Part shown: piece after piece, positions 37,732 through 49,586 of the stretch | Layout: every line of letters starts with the position of its first letter | How positions within the stretch are numbered: the stretch's first letter is position 1 | From: Paraspadella gotoi | Lineage: Eukaryota > Animalia > Chaetognatha | DNA length: 64,000 nucleotides | Reading direction: 5' to 3' | Assembly: GCA_051294375.1 (NCBI GenBank) | Contig: JBJCIZ010000239.1 | Coordinates: forward strand, 4,010,402-4,074,401 | Notes under the pieces: model-generated | Database searches by the model: none | What the model saw: only the letters and a program-made list of their open reading frames with translations | Told to the model about the DNA's origin: nothing | Program-made: the position numbers and the translations under genes

Positions 37732-38280
37732 TCAAACATCGACCCCGTCTTTCTTCGTCAACTGTTCTCTCCAAGTGGTCATGGCCTCCGCTAAAACGCT
37801 TTTGACTTTGGGGCCCATCGTTTGTGAAGGGCTCCCGGACTTTTTGGCCCAAACGACACCGATCTCGGTTATCAGGCTCGCGCGATAGTCCCCAAGGGTA
37901 GGCGGTACAATAAATGTATCCGGTTTCATGAACCTGATGAAGTATGACACCAGTGCACACAGGAAAGATCCGAGATTCTTCTCACCTGCCAAATTTGTCC
38001 GGACGAGGTAGCGTTCGCGGCGAGCCTCGACTGCCGGAACAGTTTCGCTGCCCTCACGAGCCGAGCGGATCTTTGTTGAGCATGGGGCATAGATCCCGTA
38101 GTGCATGTCCCACGGTCGCACCGGGACACACTACGATTGCCCGTCAAGAATCGTCTCTCTGTGCAAAATTATTCTGCCTCGACTTCGCGGCCGCCTCAAA
38201 TCTCTTCGTTGATGACGGGGACGGCGCCTGACCGCTGCCCCAGGCGCCTCCGAAGATCGCCGGCCGCGGCACAACGAACG
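37732..38280 (-). CDS. Probable terminal coding exon of an unidentified gene (frameshifted)
   Basis: GC-rich island in AT-rich DNA with an acceptor-like ggtttatag at about 38281. It contains a non-repetitive 129-codon open frame ending ...VKSVLAEAMTTWREQLTKKDGVDV*. No family was recognised. Confidence 0.35.
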
Positions 38281-40031
38281 CTATAAACCAGTAAGGCTAG
38301 TGAAAGTAGCAGATCAAAATCGAAAAGTTGAACCATGAAGTCTTGTACTGAAGAAACAGTTGCTATTAAAATATTTTTATTTAATTTCTAATTTTGCATT
38401 AGCCCATATTGTATAGTTTAATTTATACATCATAACTCACCATAGAAAAATGTAAAAATCTTTTAAAATAGTTTTTTCTTAGTTTGAAAAGCAGATTGAA
38501 TTCTCATAAAAAGTTAATGAAAGAAAATATAAGTCCTTCTCAAATTTTTCCAATTAAGTTAGCTAAAATTTTTAAAACAAACTAAATTTTTTATAACTTA
38601 AAATTTATTATAGATCTTACTACATGAGAGAAAAAAAAATGGTTGCGTTTTGGAAAAGTTCGGTAATTTTTAAATATATTTTTAATCTATATTATGACTC
38701 CCTTTAGGACATGAATAAAAGATAAACAGCAACTAAAACCATATTTAATGCTATCAAATACTTCCAAAAAAGTTGTACTGTTTTTACTCTTCTTTTTGAT
38801 CAAGGAGGAACTGACATTCCTTATGTGATTGGTTTAATAAAAATACTTACTCTGATCTTTTAAATAATATGTTTTGTATCGATTTGGGTCAGAGGAAAAT
38901 ATGGTCTTTGGCAAACCGTGAAAAAGATTGAATCCCCCTATAGAGAGAGTATAAACAAAGGGCTTGTGTTACTCGTATAAAGTGTACGGATAAATGTCAT
39001 TTTCTTAAACAAACGAATTGTTCTTTTCTTTCGGTCTCAGTTTGATTATCTGAGTTCTGATAATACCCAATCCATAGGATAAAGTAAAAATGACTATTTG
39101 TGCGAGAAGAAAGATTAACTGAAAGACTTTAAAAAACTTAATATTGGATGATTTTGATATAGAAGAGGCGAAGTTTGGAGAGTTAGTTTACAGAAACAAC
39201 GAATTTATAACTAATTATTAACGGGACATGTTTCCCACATTTATTGCAAGTCCTACGTCAGTGCTACAAACTTTTTTATTTTTTTACGCTTTTAAATGTG
39301 TCAGAGTGAAATCATTCTATTAGCACTCCAATTGATAGCTTAATCTGTATGTCTTTTCTTTCAAATTGTTGTCCTCTCTTAATCTGTAAGTTTCCAAAAG
39401 GGGTCTGGTGTTAGTTAAATACTTATCATAAGAGATCTCCAAGGGAACTAATTGTGTAGGTAACATTTTGAACACTAAGTAGCGAATGTAAACAAAGGAA
39501 GAGAGACGAGAAAGGAGCCGAAGATTTTAAGAGCTGTCCATTTTTAAGAGAATACTCAAGAACGGATTAAGAACCGTGTTTCAATTCGTCCTGCTAACTT
39601 GTTAGATCAAAAATCAACTCCTTCAAATTACAGATCAAATTTCCATGCTAACTCTCGAAAAACACTACTAGTCAAAAATTACCAACCTAGCTACTCTAAT
39701 TCATCTTTGAGGGGTACAAGCAAGTCAAAAACTACGGATAAATTTTAAAAGGTATATTTATACCTAAATTAGGCATTTTGCCTGTCTGAATTGGTAATAG
39801 ATTGTCAAGTGGTGTTTAATGCTTAGGTGCTTAGTAACTTTTCAAACAAATGAGGTATATTTTTTTAATAAAACCGGGTCGTCTGTTTTAATTTTAGAAA
39901 AAATTATAAATAATATAGAAATTTAGAATTTTTGATAGGGTTACATAGTGGTATAAACTTTCTTTTACGTTGTTGTAATGTATTTGGGCAAAATGATTTT
40001 GTTCACAACGAATTTTATTAATCGATAAGAA

Positions 40032-40074
40032 AACGTACCATGTTTCGGCTTTGATCAAGCCTTCTTCAAGCGTC
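40032..40074 (-). ncRNA. Minimal type I hammerhead ribozyme (second copy)
   Basis: The reverse strand reads GACG CT(T)GAAGA A GGCTT gatca AAGCC GAAA C ATG G TA CGTT. There is one extra T in the CUGA box. Stem I is GACG/CGTT. Confidence 0.75.
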
Positions 40075-40130
40075 CAAGTGAGTTTTGTGACAATTTTTGT
40101 ACAGATTTTTTTGTGTGAAAGAAGGGTAAC

Positions 40131-40171
<41 letters not shown>

Positions 40172-41242
40172 GTTCTCCAACACAGAGTGAGAAAAAATAA
40201 TAGGGTAAGTGGGTGAGGAACAGGCTTAAGAATGAGGACAGATAGAGTTTAAGTTTTGAATAGAGAAATGAAATGGTGAAATGTCAAGAGTGAGAGAAGA
40301 TTGAGAAGAGAGAGAGAGGGGAGAGAGAAGAGAGAGAGAGAGACAGGGAGAGACGAAAAATAATATTACATTTCAAATGTACAACAAATTAAAGTTTTTT
40401 AAACTGTTATTAACATTAACTATTTAATAAATAAATAAGTGAAGGTGAAAATTGAATGTGAAAGTGAGAAGATACACTTTAGTGTTAAGAATTGTTTAAA
40501 AAGTAGAAATTAAAGAATTAAGAAAAGGAGCTCAAAGTGAGAAGGGATGGAGGACGAATTCGACCTCCCTCCAAGCTTATGATTCTCGCTATAAAAAGCG
40601 TGGTGGAACCACCGCCTCCAACCAAACTCCGCAAAATGAATTCCCCTGTTTGCTAACTCAAGCCGTGAACAGGCGGAGACCCTCACGCAGGCCCAAAATG
40701 GCAGGCGATGCCTCTCCCCGACTGTAGCAACTCAATCCTCTCTCTGGGGAGCGAGCGTCGAACCAAAAGCGACGGCTCCGCGAAGGAGGGGGAAGAGTCC
40801 AGCACTCCTGTCACAAAAAGTGGCAAGAAATGACACCACCCGCCCCACCTCGTAGCAGGCGGAAGAGGCACGCTGGCAAGGCGAAATCAGGCCAAAGAGA
40901 CATTCGAGTACGCTTGAATGTTTCCGCAAGGAAGCCTCCCTAGCCCGACAATACATATTTCGGTTCAATTGTCCTCCTCAACCAATGACAGCCCAAATTG
41001 ACCCAGCCCCATTCGCCCGAGCCTCTCAATTTGTCCATAACCCAAGGGGGGCAGCTCACTTTGAGCCTCTCTCTTAAATTCTAACTTTATTACAATTCTT
41101 AACACTAAAATGTTATCTTCTCACTTTCAGCATTTCATTTTCACGCTTCACTTATTTATTTATTAAATAGTTAGTGTTAAATAAAGTTAAAAAAACTTTA
41201 CTATGTTGTACATTTGAAATGTAAATAATTATTTTCTCGTCT

Positions 41243-41279
<37 letters not shown>

Positions 41280-41483
41280 TCTCATGCTGACCATTTCCAC
41301 CATTTCATTTCTTATTCAAACAAAAATCTCTATCTGTCTCTTCACTTAACCTGTCCTCACCCACTTGACCACTATTATTTTTCTCAACTCTTGTGTTGGA
41401 AACTTGCCGCTCTCTCTCTCTCTCTCCTCTCTTCTCTCTTTCCCTTCTTTCACACAAAAACTGTACAAATTTCACAAATCATT

Positions 41484-41529
41484 GACCGCTGAAAAAGGCT
41501 TGAAATCCAAAGCCGAAACATGTACGTTT
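41484..41529 (+). ncRNA. Minimal type I hammerhead ribozyme
   Basis: GACCG CTGAAAA A GGCTT gaaatcca AAGCC GAAA CATG TA CGTT. It has a CUGANGA-like box (one mismatch), stem II GGCTT/AAGCC, a GAAA box, a palindromic minimal stem III (ACATGT), a GUA cleavage triplet and a short stem I. Confidence 0.75.
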
Positions 41530-41921
41530 TCCTAGAATTTAAATAAAATTCGTTGTGAAACAACAATCATTGCCCAGATATGGGTTTAACATAAAAATTC
41601 TATTCTTTTATCTCTTTTAAATCTTGGTACAGGTGTTTGTTTTCGTGCATTGAACAATAAATACATTGACTATTGACTAATGCTTAACTTTGTTTAATAC
41701 CCTTAATGTTACGATGTGTTTCAGCTTCAGTGGTATTTTGGATATTATGAATTTCATTTACAGGAGGAGAAAAAATGCTAAACATGTATCATTACCGTCA
41801 TATTTATTTTCGCTTTAGTTTCTAAGGTACTTAAATCTTCAGTAAAAATTGTAAAATTAACATTTATAAAGTTTCAAAAAATTTTGATTCTTAATAGACC
41901 AGTCCTAAATAAAGAAGACTT

Positions 41922-42120
41922 TATGGTGGCAGAAACCACAACGGGTTCATCAGCGGCCATTGGTGCCGGAGGCAAGTCATTCGCCTCCCAACCCAAAAGT
42001 ACAGGGTCCCTAGCCTAAAGTGGCGCCTAGCAAGTTAAGAGGGAATGGGGCTTAACCCGCCTGTAACTGCTTATATTGAACGTTCTTCACTAACACAACA
42101 ATTATCAACTCGTCTTTCAA
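41922..42120 (+). repeat. Unclassified structured repeat, copy 1
   Basis: Shares TATGGTGG..CCAC, CGGCCATTGGTG, GGCAAGTCA.TTCGCCTCC, CTAGCC, AGTGG, AACCCGCC and ACTGCT..ATTGAACG, in order, with 43569-43821. Confidence 0.7.
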
Positions 42121-42507
42121 CTTATTACAGAATAATGTGTATTATATATCATATAAATGAAAAACCGAGACCTACAAAACCCGATTAATAAATTAATCTT
42201 TCTTTAAATTTACGGCATCGCTATAGCTATAGAATATTACTGTCACGCTACAAATGTTTGCTCACGAGAAAAAATCAATATGTATTATTTAATTCCATTC
42301 TTTTTGAAATAGAATTAAGATTCACTCGCTGAATCATTATTATGAGATGGATAGCAATAACTATTATTGTATAAGTCTGAGAAAAGGAAGGATCTAGTTT
42401 TAAAGAGAACAATAAAAAGAACTCGAGAAGATGAGTAATAAATATCAAAGAGCGTATTAAAGAATAAAACAAAGAAAGTATTTTTGGACAACAAAATTAT
42501 TTTTGCA

Positions 42508-42712
42508 ATGGGGTCTACCAAGAGGCCAGTCATACGACTGAACGTCAGTGGCCGTGGGACTCGCGACGCAGTGTAGATATCTGGGTTCGTGCCACGCCGT
42601 TTCCCGCGAAGATGTCGCATCGACATGTGAAGAATTCGCGATTATTTTAAACTATATCGCCGTCACCATTTTTCCTTTTTCCTATCTCTCAGTCCAAACA
42701 CTTAATTTTTGA
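42508..42712 (+). pseudogene. Frameshifted BTB/T1 (KCTD/Kv-tetramerisation-like) coding remnant
   Basis: The ATG frame reads MGSTKRPVIRLNVSG... and a second frame reads ...CRYLGS...EEFAIILNYI.... These resemble the T1/BTB motifs V.LNVSG and F..ILNY. At least one frameshift is needed, from decay or read error. Confidence 0.4.
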
Positions 42713-43568
42713 GCTGTCATAAACTGTCCTCCCGTGTTTGGCCAATAACCCTTTTCATGGTTATTGTTCGTTTGTCGGATCTTGTTCTCGTTACCTAATG
42801 TCGTACATTTTTGCGAGACATAAAGACTAATTTTCAGTTCGTTTTTTTGACAAATCCCACGACCATTGCCCGCCTCAACTACAGGTTTTACGCGGTTATC
42901 CTTTGGTGACGTTAATAACAAATGTTCTCTTCTCGATCCGCCACTCTTACATGTCATCATGTGATTTCACGCTTGTAAATCATTCAGCTGTAAGATCTCC
43001 ATCATAAGACAAGCACCTACGTTAACCTTGCAGAAGGTGACAGACGGACGCCTTCTAAAGCTAGCTTAATCGCGGAGCATGAAATAGCGTTCTTCACATA
43101 TATTTAATGTATGAAACGATTCCAGAGAAAGAGAAATTAGTGCCTCTAATAAAGCCTAGCGGAAACGGGTATTAACGCTTTTTAAACAACATAGCGTTGG
43201 TGGTTTTTTAACTTGTTTTATAATCTCGTTTTCTTTTAGCAACTGAGTCATTGCTTAAGCAGATCACCAGTGTCTTAACTCTTGTCCTTGCGTACTCTCG
43301 AACTTACTCGTTCACAGGTGTGGCCATTTTTGAGTGGTTGATAAGTAAACTTGACAAGACCTTTCAAAATCATAACGTTCCTTCGAATAAGACTAAAAAG
43401 TCGCCAATGAAAAGTACAGCAAATCGAAGAGCCAAAACATGGAAATAGAATTTCTTGTATTTTATGTCTAATAAATAACAGCTTATCTAGAATTACAAAG
43501 GCAAAGTTTATATATTTAAATGTTTAATTTTCGATTCTGACATTTGAAATGCGCAAAAAGATGGAAGT

Positions 43569-43821
43569 ATGGTGGACTAAATCCACCAACCGTTATCAGG
43601 CCGGCCATTGGTGCGCGGAAGCGGGCAAGTCAATTCGCCTCCAAACCAAAGGTGGGGATCTCTAGCCCCTAGTGGTCGGTCACTTGCATTAGATGGGACC
43701 GGAGGCGATAACCCCGCCAGTGGGTAACAGCCATGGTGTATCAGCTGATCCAGCTCACGCGGACTGCTAATTGAACGGCGTATTCTGTATCATTAACACA
43801 TTAACTATCACTGTCTCTTCA
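43569..43821 (+). repeat. Unclassified structured repeat, copy 2
   Basis: Direct repeat of 41922-42120 with an insertion of about 40 nt near the 3' end. Confidence 0.7.
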
Positions 43822-46800
43822 TTGGTGAAGACCCGCGTTCCGACACAGTACAGCAACACACACTTTCAGGCGACATGCCTCAACCTGCGAGCACTTCCGC
43901 CCACAAGCGCCACATCAGGCACATCTCAAACTGGGTGACGAGGAACTTTCCCGCCACCAACAAACGAATTCACTGAAGAGGATAAATAAATAATAAAAAA
44001 TAAAATAAATAAATAAATAAAAATAAAAACAAACAATAAATAATTAAATAAGTAANNNNNNNNNNTAAATAAATAAAAATAAAAACAAACAATACATAAT
44101 TAAATAAGTAATTAAACTAAAATAATAAATAAATAGATAAATAAATAAATATGTATATATGTTACGGGTCAACGGTTCACGACGTCTCTTATTGTCGTTG
44201 TTCTCTTCTTCCAAATCTTTATTAACGTCGTCTTCGTCGTCGTCGTCGACGTCGTCGTCTTCATCTTTGTCGTCTTCGTCGTCGTCGTCTCTTCCTTAAT
44301 ATCGTGACCTTTTGTTTCTCATATCTCGACCGCCAGAGTCGCTCGTTCTTCAATCTCCTTTCCTTTTTCCCCCAATTTTTTTATCCGCGACAAAACAGAA
44401 TTGTTAATTTTTTTTGGTTTTTTTGTTTTCGCGATTCCTCTGTTTTATCTTGGTTATGTTTTGTTTGTTAATTTTTTTTTATATGAAAGGTTATAGTTTT
44501 GCTTTGTTTTTATTAGTTTTATACAGTATTTAATATTAATTAATTTAATATTAATATTCAAGTAGGAAAACGTAAAGTACGTGGAGATTAAATTCGTTCG
44601 CTCTCTCTCTCTCTCTCTCTCTCTGTCTGTCTGCTCTCTCTATAGTATATTGACACAATGAAAGAATACGTGGCGTTACTGTCTCGTGCTGATTTTGTCC
44701 CTTGTAAAATTGTTCTGAGGCCAAAATTAGATTGATGTATTACTTTTGGCTAATATGGGGATATACACGTACTGGAACAGTAGCTGTGTGCTGACCATTA
44801 AACCCGTTGACCATCAGAGCAAAGTAACTAGATCAAAAATTAGTTAAAAAAGATTGAAGCAATATAGCTCGAAACGCCCTTACAAAAGTTTTAGACCGAT
44901 TGTTTTATAAATGCAAAAATATTAATATTATATTAAACTAAAACTTTAACAATAACTTTAGATATTAACCGAAGACCAGATGAATACTTTTTTACCATGC
45001 ATTTCCTCCAAATTTATATGAATCATAGTGTTGTGTAATTAGTCAATTTAATGCTAATAACAATATGACAAACATGTTTCCAAATTTTTTTGTATGAATG
45101 GGAAGTTTCTCTGCTTACCCCCTTGTGTCAATTATCTGAATATTTTAAAGTTATTTCCAAAAAACGCTTATATAATTACTATATTTTTCACTTTTTTTCA
45201 ATTCTTTCAAAGAACAAAAACATCATCATAAAACATTTTAGAAATTTATAAAGAAAAAATTAATGAATGATTTTGAAAAAAAATATTTTGAAACTTGAAG
45301 AATACATGGGATTTGTCGAGGTTAGGAAAGGCATTTTGCAATTCTAAAAAAATCAGGCTCTAGCTTTTCATATTTTATCTAGGAGGCTAGATTTTTTAAT
45401 TTTTTGATATTTTAAATTTTCTATGCAAAACCATTATTCTGCAATGAGCTAGGCTCGGAGAAAATTTTTTTCCCAGCAATGTTGGAAAAATATCAACTTT
45501 TTTAATTAGGCGGCTTTTTGTTGGGGAAATAAATAAATCAATTAATTATAACGATGGGTACGTCTGAAAGTGATTTGGATGTGCTGCTAAAATGACAAAG
45601 GAAAAATTTTCTTCAAGTTTTTATTTTAACAAATTTAAGTATTGTAGATCAATAGAAATAGAGTGATGATACTCCCAGCTTTGCCAAGATGTTTTATTTA
45701 ACAAAAGATTGGTGTAACTGCGTAAATTGAAAAGAAGTTATGTTTTTTAGAATAACTTTGTGAATAGAGAAAGAGCGTAGCAAGATTGGGTGTAGTGGTA
45801 GCAAATTAAAGCCCGAGATCATGGGACAGCCTTTCTAAAAAAAGTTTTATTAAATTTAATCCATAAATCTTTACACAGCTTTTGTTTAAATCAGAGTTAA
45901 AAGCTATAACAGTATTTTTGCCTTTAAAAAATTTCAATGAAGGCATATGAAATTTTTATATTTTCTTTTGTAATTTGAAAAAGGAAAGGACTTGAATTAC
46001 CATTTGTGATATTATTAAAATTTTGAGCTTTATTCCATAAAACTGGTTTATTATTGTAAGCTAAAGTGAAAAAACAAAGCAAAAAATTTATGTTTTATGC
46101 TGGAAAAAGTGTTGACTTTTTAAATATCAAAAATGATAAATACAAAAAATGTTTTCAGCTGTGACATTAAAACAGTCTGGGGACAATCTACCTTCGTTGT
46201 CTGTTGAAAAAAAAAATTATGGAAATTTTTCATTATCTTTAGCTGCAACGTAAAGGAGCTTGGACACACTGGCTTGTTATCATATAAAGTTTTAAAAATT
46301 ATATAACTGGCAATATTATTTGACCAAAGCAAGACATCAGATGTGTTGGATAGATGTTTCTTTTAATATGATCAAGGAATAATTCGTATATTGTATCATC
46401 GCATTTTGAAGTTAAGAAGAGGAAGATAGTTTCTCATAACTAGTAGCCCATTAAAAGAGGGTTCATGACTGACTAATGATTGATTTTTAGAGTGATCGTT
46501 GTACTGCCCCCATGGTCACGAAGAGGTATAAAAGGTCATGTTCATGGTCGAGTTAAGTTCCAGATTATGCTGTACGCCTTTATATTAAGCCTGCATTGCT
46601 GAAATTTGCTTTTGTGCCGCTTCAAGATGTATAGAATAGAAAAAAATTATTGACGAGAGACAATCGGCGTGGTGGAAGATGCCATGGGTAAGCCTAGTTA
46701 CGCCCAGTCCCGAGTCGAGATTTTTTTAAATGAGGGTTTTTTTTCCAGCTATTTGAAACATAACAACGTAACTGGATTGGTACTATTATTTGTTTTTATT

Positions 46801-48981
46801 TTGTTTTTATTACGAGAGTTCTAGGAATAATGATGGAATAAAGTAACTTTTTAAAAAAAGTTTATCATCTGTCACCTAATGCGTGTCAGTATCTAAGAAA
46901 CGAAAAAAAATTTTGATTGATATTTATGATGCACATGATGAACATAACGTTCGAAAAAATAAAAAGAAATATAATATATTGGAACAGTGAATTTTTTTTA
47001 TGAAACGGAACAGTACGTTAGCGCCATTTTTCATTGTGTCATATCTCTCTCTCTCTCTCTCTTTTATAATCCTGAAATCCTGCAGAGAAGGGGAGAAGTA
47101 ATGTAGATTTTTGAAACGACAAAGCGAAAAGAGAAAAAAGGGATAAAGGCAAGTGACTGAGTATTTTTTTTTCGCCACTATTTTTGAGCTGCTCTCTCTC
47201 GTCATCTCTCTCGTCGTCATCTTCTTGCTTAGCCCGTCTCTCTCTCTCTCTTCTCTCTCTCTTCTGCTCTTCTCTCTCTCTCTCTCATTTTCCATTTCTC
47301 TATCCATTGTTTTTTGACGGTTTCTATGTAATATAGTCGGCTTAACTTTCCACTCACTTTTTTGTGTATCTGCTGGTTAAATTTAGAAGAAAAATTTAGA
47401 CAATTAAATAATTTCTCTATCATATTCTTTTGCTATTTTACCTCCTGACTTTGGAAATGCTTTTGCGAAAGAAATGATACATTCATATAAGTAAATGTTT
47501 TTGTATAAATGTGTTAGATTGTTTACATATTTACGTTTTTGAACGTTATATTTTATAGTTTCTTATGAATTAGTTCATAATATTTTATTCATGAGTCCAT
47601 TTAAACGTTAGTGTCTTTTGTTTTTGTTGAATTTTAATAGATAAGTTTTTACTTTTACACTGATACTGTTTCTGATTTGTGAATACTGTTTTTGGTATTA
47701 ATGAAAAAAAAATTGTTTACCTATTTTTTATATTTATAAAAATAATTTATAATCTAAAAGATAATTAAAAAACCTTAACAAATATAAAAGTATTGACCGA
47801 AGATAATATTTAGTTTTTAATTCGTAATAATAACTTTTTACAGTAGCCATAGCCGATGAAATTTAAATGCTAATGTATACAGCGTTAAAATAATCTATCA
47901 TGACCATAGATTATGGTATTGAAATATTTTTTGTCAAAAATGATTTCTTCTGAGGGTACTTGCCTAATTAAAAATATTATATTACTATATAGAGCCAAAA
48001 AAAATCATTTTTAAATCTTAGAATTTTTTGATGGATTCTGATAGAGCAAAAAAGAGACGAGATTAGTTGTGTATTTTTTTTTTATCGCATATATCTCTAC
48101 AGATTTATTTTAATTATTAAACAAATTATTTTTCGACATTTAAATTTTAATTTTCCCCGGCGATAAGAAAGAAGAAAAAAAATGTTAAAAAAATAGTATA
48201 TATATTTAAGCACTCCATTTTTATAATAAAACAAGTTTGCAGCAAAACAGTGTCGGATCTGCCGTGGGGCGATATATTCTTCATGCAATATTGTGATCAT
48301 AAACTCGATCAATCAACAGATCGTCACCATACCAAAACCACAGATAATACTAATAAAAATTTTTTTAAACTATTATTCATTATTTTAATTTGGGCATCAT
48401 TTTTTATCAATTTGGCAGTCATTTTATCTAATTTGGGGCATGCTAATTTTTTATATTTGGCCAATCATTTTTTAATTTGCATCATTTTATCAACTTGCAA
48501 GTTGCACACTTTCAAGCGCGCGAGACCAAAAGAAGTTGACTTGATCTNNNNNNNNNNNNNNNNNNNNNNNNNNNNNNNNNNNNNNNNNNNNNNNNNNNNN
48601 NNNNNNNNNNNNNNNNNNNNNNNNNNNNNNNNNNNNNNNNNNNNNNNNNNNNNNNNNNNNNNNNNNNNNNNNNNNNNNNNNNNNNNNNNNNNNNNNNNNN
48701 NNNNNNNNNNNNNNNNNNNNNNNNNNNNNNNNNNNNNNNNNNNNNNNNNNNNNNNNNNNNNNNNNNNNNNNNNNNNNNNNNNNNNNNNNNNNNNNNNNNN
48801 NNNNNNNNNNNNNNNNNNNNNNNNNNNNNNNNNNNNNNNNNNNNNNNNNNNNNNNNNNNNNNNNNNNNNNNNNNNNNNNNNNNNNNNNNNNNNNNNNNNN
48901 NNNNNNNNNNNNNNNNNNNNNNNNNNNNNNNNNNNNNNNNNNNNNNNNNNNNNNNNNNNNNNNNNNNNNNNNNNNNNNNNN

Positions 48982-49012
<31 letters not shown>

Positions 49013-49016
<4 letters not shown>

Positions 49017-49185
49017 CGATCCCGGTACCATTGGGGATCGATATCGTTACAATTGGGGATCGATCTCGGTACAATTGGGGATTGATCTCGGTACAAATGG
49101 GGATCAATCTCGTTACAATTGGGGACCCGATCTCGTTACAATTGGGGATCGATCTCGGTACAATTGGGGATCTATCCCGGTACCT
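49013..49185 (+). repeat. ~21-bp tandem repeat
   Basis: GATCGATCTCG(G/T)TACAATTGGG, about 8 copies, adjoining (GATT)n. Confidence 0.9.
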
Positions 49186-49555
49186 GATGGTCGTGAGCTG
49201 ATGGTATTACGGGGGTAAACCTCTTGCAATGCCCGATTACATGTCCTGCATAATTTGTATCGACATGTCTTGGCTCCATTCGTGCCATGTCATGTCATAT
49301 GAGATAATTTCTGCTCGGAATAAATTCTAAATTATGTTTATATTTCATTTAGTACTTTTTTTTCTTTCCTCTCATGCTAGGCCAGTTGTGAGCTCAGACG
49401 AAGTCCCGTTTTATTCCTCGCAATTTGATGCCATTAAAATAAATCAAGCGATTTTTTTTTATTTTAAAAATTAGCATAAAAGGGGAAAAAATAACCCAAA
49501 ATTGAATTTTGGTGACTCTCTCTCTGTCTCTTTCTTTCTTTGTTTCATGGTCTGA

Positions 49556-49586
<31 letters not shown>

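Larger units (their letters stand above)
39981..41580. mobile_element. Penelope-like non-autonomous element with inverted pseudo-LTRs
   Basis: 39981-40541 is the reverse complement of 41055-41580, differing mainly by indels. The arms enclose a unique GC-richer spacer of about 510 bp. Each arm ends outward in a hammerhead motif followed by AATAAA. Confidence 0.75.

Noticed and set aside
42040-42060. AATGGGGCTTA resembling RNase MRP CR-V
   Set aside because: There is no proper CR-I (GAAAGUCCCC) partner, and the motif is absent from the second copy of the repeat.
49013-49185. CRISPR-like regular repeats (also 9690-10025 and 18815-19000)
   Set aside because: No unique spacers, no cas genes and a eukaryotic context; these are plain minisatellites.
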